64,000 nt of DNA from an uncultured Gammaproteobacteria bacterium (GCA_963807625.1 CAWECN010000013.1:2258-66257); one strand, 5' to 3'. Shown: positions 25,642 through 35,285, counted from the stretch's first letter. Translations and numbers: made by a program. Notes: generated by a model from the sequence alone, not told the origin.

Positions 25642-27729
25642 CTAAGAATCTTTTTCAATTTCACTAATAACATCAAGTAAAGCGTCTGCATTGACTGCGG
25701 CAGAAAAATAAAACCCCTGCACCACGTTGCAGCCGAGCAGTTCCAGTTGAGTCAACGTATCCTCGGTTTCGACACCTTCTGCAACGACCCTGTGCCCCAG
25801 GTTATGTGCCAACTCTATCACTGATCGCACGATACTCGTCTCTTCGGCATTACCCTTCATCTCAAGCACTAAACTCTTATCGATCTTCACTTCATTGATG
25901 GGTAATTTTTTTAAGTAGCTCAACGATGAATACCCGGTACCAAAATCATCTATCGCATAATTAAGCTGTTTCAGAACCGGGTTATTGATAACCTCTATCA
26001 CTTGCTCGGGATTCGACATGATAACGCTTTCCGAGATCTCTATCATTAACATGGAAGGATCAACATCATACTTACTACATAAGCTGGCGATGTGATCAGC
26101 CAGCTCCGAATTCAACAGGTCTCGTGATGACAGGTTTATGGAAACCATGATATCCGCCCCCTGTTGCTTCCACCTGGCGATCTGGCTGACTGACTTTTCC
26201 AGAGCCCAGAAACTGATCACCCCGATCAGGTTACTGGTTTCGGCCAGTGGTATAAATTCTTCCGGCAAGATATTTCCACGTTCAGGGTGTTCCCATCGTG
26301 AAAGCGCTTCGACCGCGTGAACCTTTTTTGTACTCAGTTCTACCATCGGCTGATAATAGAGCTGCAGTTCATCATTCTCCACCGCCTCACGCAGATCGTT
26401 CATCAGGGCAAGACGTGCCGTGGTGTAATGATCCGCATCGGGATCATATAAACAGGGATCGCCTTTGCTGCTCTTGGCTTCATACATTGCGATATCGGCA
26501 TAGCGTATCAAAGACGCTTCATCTTCACCATGCTCAGGGAATAACGCTATGCCGATGCTCGCACCGATAGACAGGACCTGGCCATCGAGTTCGAAGCTGG
26601 GTTGCAGACTATCCATGATCTTCTTCGCAACCTCTATCGCCTGCCCGGCATCTGTCTCCGGCAGGACGATGCCGAACTCGTCACCCCCAAGGCGTCCGAC
26701 GGTATCACTCTGTCTAAGGGCAGTCGGCAGGCGGCTGGCAACATCCACTAACAGACGGTCACCCTGAGGATGACCCAGGGTATCATTCACTTCTTTGAAG
26801 TTATTCAAATCTAGCATCAGGAACGCGACATGTTTATCCTTCCTCTTCGCAAGATAGATATTCTGTTTCAGCCTCTCCACCAGAAGTGTCCGGTTGGGCA
26901 GTTCTGTCAGCGGGTCGTGCATCGCCTGTCTTGCGATCTCCACATTTAATGCCTGCAGTTCTATCGTCCGTTCCTGGACACGTTTTTCCAGGTCTCTGTT
27001 AAGATAACCAAGATCTTCTAGAGCAGAATCTCGGTCAGCGATCAGCAGTTCTAAATTTTCAGACATCTGGTTAAAGTCCGCCGCCAGGTCTGTTAACTCG
27101 GTATCACCCTGGACACGTATCTCATCACCGAATATCTCATTAGCGATCCTGTTTGCGCCGGCAGATAGTGCCATGATAGGCCGCAGGATATAGCGGCTGA
27201 ATACGAAGTAGATCCCCATACCGACGAATAAACCGATCAACAGGGTAATCAAAACTTTTTCTTCGAACTTGGAAACAGAGGCTGCCACATAATCACTGTT
27301 ATCCAGTACTACCACGGCCTGGGCCAGCATCACGTCTTCAAACATCACCGGGACTTTGTATGAGACAAGTTCAGGAATTTTTTCCAGCTCGTGAACGATC
27401 AATGCAGAATCGACATTGTTCAGAGTGTCCAGCGTGTTCTGGATATAGATATCGTTCAGGTCGAGATAGGTCGTCAGGGAATTATCCTGCGCATCGATGA
27501 TGACTGCATGCACCACCTGCGCCTGCGTGGTCACATCCTGTATATACTTGTTTAATTTATTGACATCGTATTCGATCAGGGCATCGATGCTGACGGATGA
27601 CAGCACCTGCCCCAGGGATTGCGCACGAACCTTCAGCACCTGCTCCATGGTGAAAACTTCATCACGGAACTGCATGTAGGCGTTGGTGATCATGGCTACC
27701 AGCAGGATGCCTGACATCAGCAGAACCAT
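25642..27729 (-). CDS. Membrane-bound c-di-GMP enzyme: periplasmic sensor domain - HAMP - GGDEF - EAL
   Basis: Two TM helices bracket an about 130-aa periplasmic segment. The GGDEF motif is intact (RLGGDEFGIVL). The EAL domain has EALSRW, DDFGTGYSSLSYL and EGVET motifs. Confidence 0.9.
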   Translation of the reverse strand: MVLLMSGILLVAMITNAYMQFRDEVFTMEQVLKVRAQSLGQVLSSVSIDALIEYDVNKLNKYIQDVTTQAQVVHAVIIDAQDNSLTTYLDLNDIYIQNTLDTLNNVDSALIVHELEKIPELVSYKVPVMFEDVMLAQAVVVLDNSDYVAASVSKFEEKVLITLLIGLFVGMGIYFVFSRYILRPIMALSAGANRIANEIFGDEIRVQGDTELTDLAADFNQMSENLELLIADRDSALEDLGYLNRDLEKRVQERTIELQALNVEIARQAMHDPLTELPNRTLLVERLKQNIYLAKRKDKHVAFLMLDLNNFKEVNDTLGHPQGDRLLVDVASRLPTALRQSDTVGRLGGDEFGIVLPETDAGQAIEVAKKIMDSLQPSFELDGQVLSIGASIGIALFPEHGEDEASLIRYADIAMYEAKSSKGDPCLYDPDADHYTTARLALMNDLREAVENDELQLYYQPMVELSTKKVHAVEALSRWEHPERGNILPEEFIPLAETSNLIGVISFWALEKSVSQIARWKQQGADIMVSINLSSRDLLNSELADHIASLCSKYDVDPSMLMIEISESVIMSNPEQVIEVINNPVLKQLNYAIDDFGTGYSSLSYLKKLPINEVKIDKSLVLEMKGNAEETSIVRSVIELAHNLGHRVVAEGVETEDTLTQLELLGCNVVQGFYFSAAVNADALLDVISEIEKDS

Positions 27730-27828
27730 CTGCCCGCCAAGGCTGTTTAAGATCCGCCTTCTTTTTATGACTGTATATTTGATCGAATCACCACTTATTG
27801 CTTACAACAAGTTGGATCAGTCTTTTTA

Positions 27829-28251
27829 TCAGTCAGGTTTGACAGCATGTCTGCCGCTTCCTAAAAACACAACGGCGACAGAAGTAAGCAGGTAGAACAT
27901 CTGCAACTCAACCGACCAGCCTCCGTGCTCAGACAAGCTGAAGAGATCACCGGTATGCGCAAGCACGATAGCAAACAGCATGTTTACAGCCATCAGTAGA
28001 GCACCTAGCCTTGCCTTGTAGCCAACGATGACCATCAGTGGTGCAACCACCTCGCCCACATAGACACCGTAAGCAAGTATCGAAGGCAGCCCATAACCAC
28101 CGAGCATTCCGCCGATGAAATCCAGGGACCCCGGATGCAATATCTTGGCCACACCATGGAACAGCATTAATCCAGCCACGGTTAACCGAAGTACCAGCTT
28201 GCCCGCATCATCATTTAACGATGTTAAATTCACTACACACCTCCCCCACAA
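27829..28251 (-). CDS. DoxX family membrane protein
   Basis: 140 aa with four TM helices, and DoxX-like motifs (RLTVAGLMLFHGVAKI, YKARLGALL). Confidence 0.7.
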   Translation of the reverse strand: MWGRCVVNLTSLNDDAGKLVLRLTVAGLMLFHGVAKILHPGSLDFIGGMLGGYGLPSILAYGVYVGEVVAPLMVIVGYKARLGALLMAVNMLFAIVLAHTGDLFSLSEHGGWSVELQMFYLLTSVAVVFLGSGRHAVKPD

Positions 28252-28344
28252 AGTTGTTAGCTATCTACAGGCAACCATCGGCCTATAAACAATACTAATC
28301 GGTAATAAGCTAAATACAAGTATAACTTTTGTTTTTAGTGAGCT

Positions 28345-28857
28345 ATGCTAGCAACAACAGAAACAATAATAAAAATAAATATGAATAATATCTCACTGTT
28401 ACTCCCAAAAAACCGACGACCTGTGTGGACGCCATCACTCGAAGCCATTGACGAAACGATGGAAGATGAACTGTCTAGCTATGTCGAGATTCCATTATTA
28501 GGTAAGATTACAGCGGGCAACCCGATCGAACGTATCGAGCACGATGAAAAGATAAAGGTGCCGGCGAACATGGTGCGCAAGGACACTTACGCGCTAAAGG
28601 TGTCTGGCCATTCGATGATCGATGACAATATCCAGGACGGCGACATCGTCATCATCGAGAAAAAACTTTCTGCCGAAAATGGTCAGTCGGTGGTCGCCCT
28701 GATCAACAACGAGCAGGTCACCCTGAAAAAGTTTTATATCGAGGCTGACGGCATTCGCCTGCAGCCAGCCAATCCTGACATGGAACCCATCCTCCTCAAA
28801 AATGAAGAGGTACAGGTACTCGGAGTAGTAACCGGTGTGATCCGAAAATTTGACTAA
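28345..28857 (+). CDS. S24 family peptidase, UmuD-like (LexA C-terminal-type domain without a recognisable HTH)
   Basis: Ala-Gly self-cleavage site (KITAGNP), catalytic Ser in VSGHSMIDD, and Lys in LKKF. The N-terminal about 50 aa show no helix-turn-helix. The start is uncertain; internal Mets would give a UmuD-sized product. Confidence 0.6.
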   Translation: MLATTETIIKINMNNISLLLPKNRRPVWTPSLEAIDETMEDELSSYVEIPLLGKITAGNPIERIEHDEKIKVPANMVRKDTYALKVSGHSMIDDNIQDGDIVIIEKKLSAENGQSVVALINNEQVTLKKFYIEADGIRLQPANPDMEPILLKNEEVQVLGVVTGVIRKFD

Positions 28858-28885
28858 GCACGAAAACAAACACCAGATTCAACTC

Positions 28886-28916
28886 AAGGGCCTGTACTTA
28901 ACAGGCCCTTTTTCGT
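28886..28916 (+). terminator. Rho-independent terminator after the S24 peptidase gene
   Basis: Hairpin aagggcctgt-actta-acaggccctt followed by tttttcgttt. Confidence 0.7.
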
Positions 28917-29084
28917 TTCCTGGTATTTAACTTCTGCGCGTTACTGCATAAATCTTAGGGAGATAGTCATGTCATCTAATGGTAATATTCGCCGTCAGAA
29001 CAGGATATTGGTCGTATCGAGCCAGCACACGTCGGTGACCAGTCAGGCAATGTACCGATAAGCATATGATTTTCAAGATAATAT

Positions 29085-30779
29085 ATGAAAGTTCAAGTAA
29101 GTGAATTAATTGTCAGATACATGGAACGCCTGGGCATCGACACCATCTTTGGCATGCCTGGTGCGCATATCCTGCCGGTTTATGACAAGCTGTATGATTC
29201 ATCGATTCAATCGGTACTGGCAAAACATGAACAGGGCGCGGCATTCATGGCCTGTGGTTACACCCGCGCTTCTGGAAACATCGGTGCCTGTATCACTACT
29301 GCCGGGCCCGGTGCGACGAACCTCGTTACCGGTATCGCCAATGCCTATGCAGACAAACAGGCGATCCTCCTCATTACCGGTGAAACCCCGACATACATTT
29401 TTGGTAAGGGCGGCCTGCAGGAGAGCTCCGGAGAAGGCGGTAGCATAAACCAGTGCGCCCTGTTTGACAGCATCACCCGGTACAGCCGCGTTATCGAGCG
29501 CACCGACTACCTGGAGAACGTGCTCAACCAGGCATCGAAGATCCTGCTATCCGATAATTCCGGACCGGTGTTACTCAGCCTGCCATTCAACGTTCAGAAA
29601 GAGATGGTCGATATCGATATACTCGAGAACATCATCACCAGCAGAAAAGCGCCTGCGTCCAGACCAGCTGAGGCACCATCCAGGATGCAGTCATCGCACC
29701 AGATCGAGCACTTCGTCGATCTGCTTCGTGACAGCAAACAGCCGGTCATCGTCTCCGGTTATGGCTGCATCCGATCGGGCGCACAGGCACAGGTCACCGA
29801 ACTCAGTCAGTCACTCAACATTCCAGTCACCTCAAGCCTTAAGGGTAAAGGTACGATCAATGAATGTTCAGAATTATCACTTGGCAGCCTGGGGGTCACC
29901 TCCAGTGGCTATGCCTATGACTACATCATCAACAAATCCGACCTGGTCATCGTGCTCGGTGCCAGCTTCAACGAACGCACTAGCTACCTGTGGAACGACA
30001 AACTACTCGGTGATAAAAACGTCGTTCAAGTCGATATCGACGATGACCAGTTAAATAAAGTGTACCAGGCCGACCTCACCATCCATGCCGATATCAAACA
30101 GACATTAAGTAATGTGATCGATAGACTGCAAGACGAGACCTTCGGTAAGAAACAACTGGAAAACATCAGCGAATACAAGAGCAATATCGAAGACAGGGCG
30201 ACAAGCAAAGGCAACTCTATCTTCCAGGCCGAGTTCTCGCTGGTAAAAGCTTTCTTCGAAAAGATGAACACGGTCTTCCCCGAAGGCATCTCAGTGTTTG
30301 ATGACAACATCATCTTCGCGCAGAACCTGCTGCAGGTCTCGACCAAGAACAACTTCTACCCCAACGCTGGCATCTCCTCGTTAGGCCATGCTATCCCCGC
30401 AGCTATCGGTGCGCAATTTTCTGAACGGACGACCATGTTTGCCATCATCGGTGATGGTGGTTTCCAGATGTGCTGCATGGAGATCATGACAGCGGTAAAT
30501 TACGAGATTCCACTTAACATCATCCTGTTCAACAACAGCAGCATGGGGCTGATAAGGAAGAACCAGATCCAGAGTTATGACAACCGTTTCATCGACTGCG
30601 ACTTCATCAACCCGGACTATGCCAAACTCGCACAGTCTTTTGGCATCAACCACATACTCATCGAATCAGAAAACAAGCTGGATACGCTGTTCGAAGAAAC
30701 AGACTTTGATAATGGCATCAATCTAATCGAAATAATTATCGATAAGAATGCGTTTCCAAATTATTCATCCAGACGTTAA
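29085..30779 (+). CDS. Thiamine-pyrophosphate enzyme of the acetolactate-synthase/POX family (large subunit-like)
   Basis: 564 aa. N-terminal TPP/pyrimidine-binding domain (FGMPGAHILPVYD, TTAGPGATNLVTGIANAY), and C-terminal TPP-binding motif GDGGFQM...NN. There is no adjacent small regulatory subunit. Confidence 0.8.
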   Translation: MKVQVSELIVRYMERLGIDTIFGMPGAHILPVYDKLYDSSIQSVLAKHEQGAAFMACGYTRASGNIGACITTAGPGATNLVTGIANAYADKQAILLITGETPTYIFGKGGLQESSGEGGSINQCALFDSITRYSRVIERTDYLENVLNQASKILLSDNSGPVLLSLPFNVQKEMVDIDILENIITSRKAPASRPAEAPSRMQSSHQIEHFVDLLRDSKQPVIVSGYGCIRSGAQAQVTELSQSLNIPVTSSLKGKGTINECSELSLGSLGVTSSGYAYDYIINKSDLVIVLGASFNERTSYLWNDKLLGDKNVVQVDIDDDQLNKVYQADLTIHADIKQTLSNVIDRLQDETFGKKQLENISEYKSNIEDRATSKGNSIFQAEFSLVKAFFEKMNTVFPEGISVFDDNIIFAQNLLQVSTKNNFYPNAGISSLGHAIPAAIGAQFSERTTMFAIIGDGGFQMCCMEIMTAVNYEIPLNIILFNNSSMGLIRKNQIQSYDNRFIDCDFINPDYAKLAQSFGINHILIESENKLDTLFEETDFDNGINLIEIIIDKNAFPNYSSRR

Positions 30780-30801
30780 CGCAACAGAAAAGTATTAAGC
30801 G

Positions 30802-32658
30802 ATGAACCCCGTTCTTGACACCTCACTACTACACCAGGGAAAACAGCTCAATGAGAGTTCAGCAGAGCTCGATAAATTACTAAAACAGTTGTCACGGTCT
30901 GCCGATGACAACGCCATCGACCGTGTCATCTCTCTCTACAAAGATGAGATAGTGAAACTGGAAAAGAACACCTGGAAACAGGCTCCCTCGAAAAAGGACA
31001 TCGAGCAATATCAAAATGCATTCAGCGTACTGGAAAAACTGCACGAATTGAAATCCATCGACACACGACATAGTTTCAAAATCGTCATCCCCGTTGCCGA
31101 CCGGCCGCAACACCTGAAACACTGCCTGGATAGCCTTCTTACACTCTGTGAGAGTTATAGCTATGGCGGTTTGAAAGATAGCCGATACCATAAGATATCC
31201 GCACTGGTCGCCGATGACTCCAAAGAACCCGGGAACATCGAGCAACACAAAGAGTACTGCAGAGCACTCAGTGACAAGGGAATAACCACCGATTACTTCG
31301 GCTTACAGGAACAGCTGGAACTGGCCCGTGCCACTTCTGCTGAACATGTTCATCTACAGAACATCATATCGGGTACCGACGAAGTAGATGATCCTGCCGA
31401 TTTTTCGCATAAGGGCGCATCGATCATGCGCAATATTACCTACCTAAAGATCGACCAGTTACTAAGCCTGGATAAAAAGCGAGATAACACGTTAATCTAT
31501 TTCATCGACAGTGACCAGGAGTTCTGCATCAACGCAACAAACTCCGAAAATAATTTTTACGCGATCAACTACTTCCACTACCTGGACGAGATCTTCAGCA
31601 CGAATGATGTCTCTGTTCTTACCGGAAAAGTCGTGGGTGACCCACCCGTCTCACCATCGGTAATGGCTGGTAATTTTCAACAGGACGTTTACAACTTCCT
31701 TAACGCCATCGATAAAACTGAGCCAGCAGAACCATGCCAGTTCCATCAGCATGAAGCTGATACTACCGATGATGCCGCTTATCATGATATGGCCAATCTT
31801 TTCGGCTTTTCACAACATGAACAGGCCTTCGATTACCACTGCACACTCCATGGCAAACACGACAACAGCGACTGCTTCAGCGACTTCGCCAACAAGCTTG
31901 GACACTTCTTCTATGGTGAGCACCCCACGCGAAAAACATTTTTTAATTATGGCGATGGCTTCTCGGCTGCGACTCCTGCACGAACTGTCTACACGGGTAA
32001 CTATGTCATAACAACAGAATGCCTGAACTATTTTATCCCCTTCGCCACACTGAAATTACGCATGGCTGGCCCGGTACTCGGCCGCATATTAAAAAGCCGT
32101 CTCCAGGATAAATTTGTTTCTGCAAACCTGCCTATGCTGCATAACCGCACGGTCGAATCCACCGGCAGGTCCGAGTTTCGTGCCGGGGTGATTAACACTA
32201 ACCAGTCTATCGATCTAAGCAATGAATTCATCCGCCAGTTCTATGGTGATGTCATGCTGTTCTCTATAAAGAATCTGACAGAACAGGATCAATTTGATGA
32301 AGAGCTTGATGCTGACACGGTACAGGCTGTTCTCGACAGCACCTATCGAGAGATAAGAGATAGCTATATCGAAAAACACGACACCGTATTACAACTCAGA
32401 TCGAAGATTGAAAACCAGCTAAACGACCAGGTTCACTGGTGGCATAAACCTTCAACGAAGGCAGATGAAACGACTCAGGCCGTCTCATACTTCGAAACGT
32501 TCCTGAGTAACATCCAGTCGAATTTTGCTGAAGACAGTTATGCATTCCAGCAGATCACTTCGACGACAAGTGCAAACAAACACCTGCAGGAAATCCTTCA
32601 TGCCATCCTGCAGTACGACAAAGACATGAAAAACTGGCAACAGGCACTCGGAGCGTAA
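30802..32658 (+). CDS. Hypothetical 618-aa protein with a GT-A-fold glycosyltransferase-like central domain
   Basis: GT2-like N-terminal strand and helix (FKIVIPVADRPQHLKHCLDSLL), a DD motif (ALVADDSKEP) and a DxD-like motif (IDSDQEF). This is flanked by an N-terminal coiled coil and an about 280-aa C-terminal region of unknown fold. There is no signal peptide or TM helix. Confidence 0.4.
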   Translation: MNPVLDTSLLHQGKQLNESSAELDKLLKQLSRSADDNAIDRVISLYKDEIVKLEKNTWKQAPSKKDIEQYQNAFSVLEKLHELKSIDTRHSFKIVIPVADRPQHLKHCLDSLLTLCESYSYGGLKDSRYHKISALVADDSKEPGNIEQHKEYCRALSDKGITTDYFGLQEQLELARATSAEHVHLQNIISGTDEVDDPADFSHKGASIMRNITYLKIDQLLSLDKKRDNTLIYFIDSDQEFCINATNSENNFYAINYFHYLDEIFSTNDVSVLTGKVVGDPPVSPSVMAGNFQQDVYNFLNAIDKTEPAEPCQFHQHEADTTDDAAYHDMANLFGFSQHEQAFDYHCTLHGKHDNSDCFSDFANKLGHFFYGEHPTRKTFFNYGDGFSAATPARTVYTGNYVITTECLNYFIPFATLKLRMAGPVLGRILKSRLQDKFVSANLPMLHNRTVESTGRSEFRAGVINTNQSIDLSNEFIRQFYGDVMLFSIKNLTEQDQFDEELDADTVQAVLDSTYREIRDSYIEKHDTVLQLRSKIENQLNDQVHWWHKPSTKADETTQAVSYFETFLSNIQSNFAEDSYAFQQITSTTSANKHLQEILHAILQYDKDMKNWQQALGA

Positions 32659-33189
32659 ATGAATGTCTTCGTCTTAAATACCGGTCGCTGCGGTTCCGCA
32701 ACTTTCATAAAAGCGTGCCAGCACATTAGCAACTACACATCATCACACGAATCATTACTCGACAGGACAGGTGATCAGCGGCTTGCTTACCCGAAAAACC
32801 ATATCGAGGCAGACAATCGCCTGAGCTGGTTCCTGGGACAACTCGATAAAAAATATGCAGACGATGCCATCTACGTCCACCTGAAACGGGAACGAGAGGC
32901 AGTCGCGGCAAGTTTTTCGAAACGTATCGACTTCGGAATTTTAAAGGCCTACGAACAGGGCATTCTAATGCATCAAGAACACCGCTACCCGGCATCTGAT
33001 ATCGCCCTCGACTATATCGATACGGTCAACGCCAATATAGCGTTATTCCTCAAGGACAAGACAAATAAGATAGATGTTTCTATCGAAACCGTGAACACTG
33101 ACTTCGTTGGTTTCTGGGAATTGATCGGTGCCGAAGGCAACCTGGAAGAAGCATTGAATGAATGGACGATCAACTATAACGCATCGTGA
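32659..33189 (+). CDS. Small P-loop sulfotransferase-like protein (176 aa), tentative
   Basis: N-terminal NTGRCGSATF resembles the 5'-PSB loop of sulfotransferases. Its start codon overlaps the upstream stop (TAAATG). Low confidence. Confidence 0.3.
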   Translation: MNVFVLNTGRCGSATFIKACQHISNYTSSHESLLDRTGDQRLAYPKNHIEADNRLSWFLGQLDKKYADDAIYVHLKREREAVAASFSKRIDFGILKAYEQGILMHQEHRYPASDIALDYIDTVNANIALFLKDKTNKIDVSIETVNTDFVGFWELIGAEGNLEEALNEWTINYNAS

Positions 33190-33206
33190 ACCTTGCAGTG
33201 ATTGGT

Positions 33207-33806
33207 TTACCTTCTCAGGATACTGCATCCACGTTCGTTATCAATAAATTCATAACTGAACTCGGGATGTATCTTTAACCAGATCTTTACCAGTTCCAGC
33301 TCATCATCACGCGCAGCATCATCAAGAAAAACAATGCAGTGCTCGGCCAGCCTGTCACTCAACATGGGTAATGCCGGGTAACGAGAATGTTTCTGTAAAA
33401 ACCCTGGTGGACCATCGATCACCAGCATATCAATCGTTTTTTCAGGAAGCCTGGTTATGTCGTACCATTGAAAACCCTTATCTTCCAGTACGATCTCCCG
33501 TAGTGGTGCATGGATGACATCGCAATATCCAGATAAAGAAAAATCACTTAACTGGCCCCTGGTCTTGTTGAGAAACTCTTCGCCATTCTCCAGGCTATAA
33601 ACATGACCCGACCGGTTTATCCGGCAACACTGAGATATCACCAGGCTACTGGTACCGCTACTGCATTCGACGATAACCTTCGGTTTATTCTCCAGGCAAT
33701 AATCACTGATCAGTTTTAGAAAATCGGGTGCGGCCGACCAGGTCTCTGTGACTGGCAATGTACGCTTAAAACCAAGAGATTTTTCCAGCAACTGATATGA
33801 CATCAT
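33207..33806 (-). CDS. Putative class I SAM-dependent methyltransferase (199 aa)
   Basis: Glycine-rich SAM-binding-like motif VIVECSSGTSSLV, and an acidic motif LVIDGPPG / FLDDAARDDE, as in small O-methyltransferases. Tentative. Confidence 0.4.
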   Translation of the reverse strand: MMSYQLLEKSLGFKRTLPVTETWSAAPDFLKLISDYCLENKPKVIVECSSGTSSLVISQCCRINRSGHVYSLENGEEFLNKTRGQLSDFSLSGYCDVIHAPLREIVLEDKGFQWYDITRLPEKTIDMLVIDGPPGFLQKHSRYPALPMLSDRLAEHCIVFLDDAARDDELELVKIWLKIHPEFSYEFIDNERGCSILRR

Positions 33807-33831
33807 CGACGAAGTGTTAACACGGATAAGA

Positions 33832-34044
33832 CTACAGGTAACCGAAGACGATAGAGCCTGCCATGAACAGACTCATACCGATAAGGCCGATACTCCACAC
33901 CACCATCCATAACTGTTTCCCTTTTTTACCGAGGTAGATTAGAACGCTTCCGATGATAACTGACAAAAATACGGTGAATAACAACATATCGTTATGCGAA
34001 TTTTTTGTTAGCATTTCCGGCGGGATGGCATCATTCGGATTCAT
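33832..34044 (-). CDS. Small two-TM membrane protein (70 aa)
   Basis: Two hydrophobic helices, no known motif. Confidence 0.3.
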   Translation of the reverse strand: MNPNDAIPPEMLTKNSHNDMLLFTVFLSVIIGSVLIYLGKKGKQLWMVVWSIGLIGMSLFMAGSIVFGYL

Positions 34045-34090
34045 AGATCAGGGATACCGTCTTAATATTTCTTAATCATAAAATAAAAAA

Positions 34091-34120
34091 GCAGCCATAT
34101 AGCTGCCTCTTTATTAAGCT
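34091..34120 (-). terminator. Candidate rho-independent terminator after the zinc-ribbon gene
   Basis: Short hairpin gcagc-catata-gctgc preceded on the + strand by aaataaaaaa, which is a T-run on the minus strand. Confidence 0.4.
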
Positions 34121-34132
34121 GTGATCACCAGA

Positions 34133-34324
34133 TCACGCCTGATAAGTCATGTCCTGTCCACAGCACATCGGTGATTTCACCATACCGTGATCATCAGGAC
34201 ATTTTGATACATACACGATAGTGCCATCATCAGTCGTGATCGAGTCATGCACCAGCTCTTTACCACATGTAGCACATGTCATCGAGCCGATTCCCATACC
34301 GCATACTTCGCATTTATAAGCCAT
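34133..34324 (-). CDS. Small zinc-ribbon/rubredoxin-like protein (63 aa)
   Basis: Two CxxC pairs (CEVCGM...CATCGK) plus a C-terminal CPDDHG...CCG. Confidence 0.5.
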   Translation of the reverse strand: MAYKCEVCGMGIGSMTCATCGKELVHDSITTDDGTIVYVSKCPDDHGMVKSPMCCGQDMTYQA

Positions 34325-34464
34325 TTATTACCACCTTCTATAGAGTCGCATAGTTTTTAATTAACGGAACTCTATTGTATTCAAAGTTACTGAATTGTAA
34401 ATAGCACTTATCATGTGTGTATTAATAATTGTATGATTTCATACAGGCAATTACTGGTTTACGA

Positions 34465-35127
34465 TCATGCAGCTAACGGTTGTGCCAGTGAATCCAGTAT
34501 CTGCTGACGTCTATGTAAAACCGTCTCCACGACCTTCTGGTAATCAGCGCCGACCGCACTGAACATCGCGGGCACATCGATACCCAGTCCATGCAAAGTA
34601 TCATCAAGGAAGTCCAGCCGCGTCTCTATCGATTGCAGATAGGCATGACTTTCAGCTTCAGGTAATTTTTCCAGCTCAGCATGCAAGCTATTCAGGCCAA
34701 AAGCCACATGGTCGATTTCGTCCTCGAGCGGTGTTTTTAGCGAATCACGCGTTCCCGGATCTGCCATCGGCACGATCTGTTCGACCGCCTCACTGCCTAG
34801 CGCCTCAACGCAGACATACATGTCGGTCAGAAAATCCAGCCAGTTCAATGAACGAAAATGCGCTAAAAACATCTCCTGCTGCAGCTCATCGAATACAGGC
34901 GTGGTATCTGTACCAAACCGCTCGATCCACTCCTGCTGAATCTTTACATGCCGGCTCTCATCGCCCACCTGTTTCGCCATAAATAACCGGCTCTCATCAT
35001 CCGGTGCATCAGCGATACGTTCCGCCACCGCACGCATGATCAGGTAATCCACCTGGGTATACATCACCAGCAAGCGTCCCATGGCCACTTTGTACCCCGC
35101 ATCACTTACCGTTTGATTTTTGTTCAT
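34465..35127 (-). CDS. Ferritin-like diiron-carboxylate protein (COQ7/MiaE/rubrerythrin superfamily)
   Basis: Two ExxH motifs on predicted helices (DESRHVKI; EDEIDHVAF), with additional Glu ligands about 30 residues upstream of each. The 220-aa all-helical protein is consistent with a four-helix-bundle diiron site. Confidence 0.55.
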   Translation of the reverse strand: MNKNQTVSDAGYKVAMGRLLVMYTQVDYLIMRAVAERIADAPDDESRLFMAKQVGDESRHVKIQQEWIERFGTDTTPVFDELQQEMFLAHFRSLNWLDFLTDMYVCVEALGSEAVEQIVPMADPGTRDSLKTPLEDEIDHVAFGLNSLHAELEKLPEAESHAYLQSIETRLDFLDDTLHGLGIDVPAMFSAVGADYQKVVETVLHRRQQILDSLAQPLAA

Positions 35128-35285
35128 TTCATCCCCTCCTTAACAGTTGATAGCATCTATGCCGACAGTGATTCCATCGCCGGGTTCAGTAATTGCTCAA
35201 AATACTGAAATAATTAGGTATATTTTTTGATAGGCGTTTATTTTAGAATATGCCTCCAAATTTTCATCTGTCACTATTATCACCC

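Noticed and set aside
29464-30054. 196-aa Ser/Arg/Thr-rich ORF overlapping the TPP-enzyme gene in another frame
   Set aside because: Fully contained in a conserved TPP enzyme. It is a low-complexity alternative-frame artefact.
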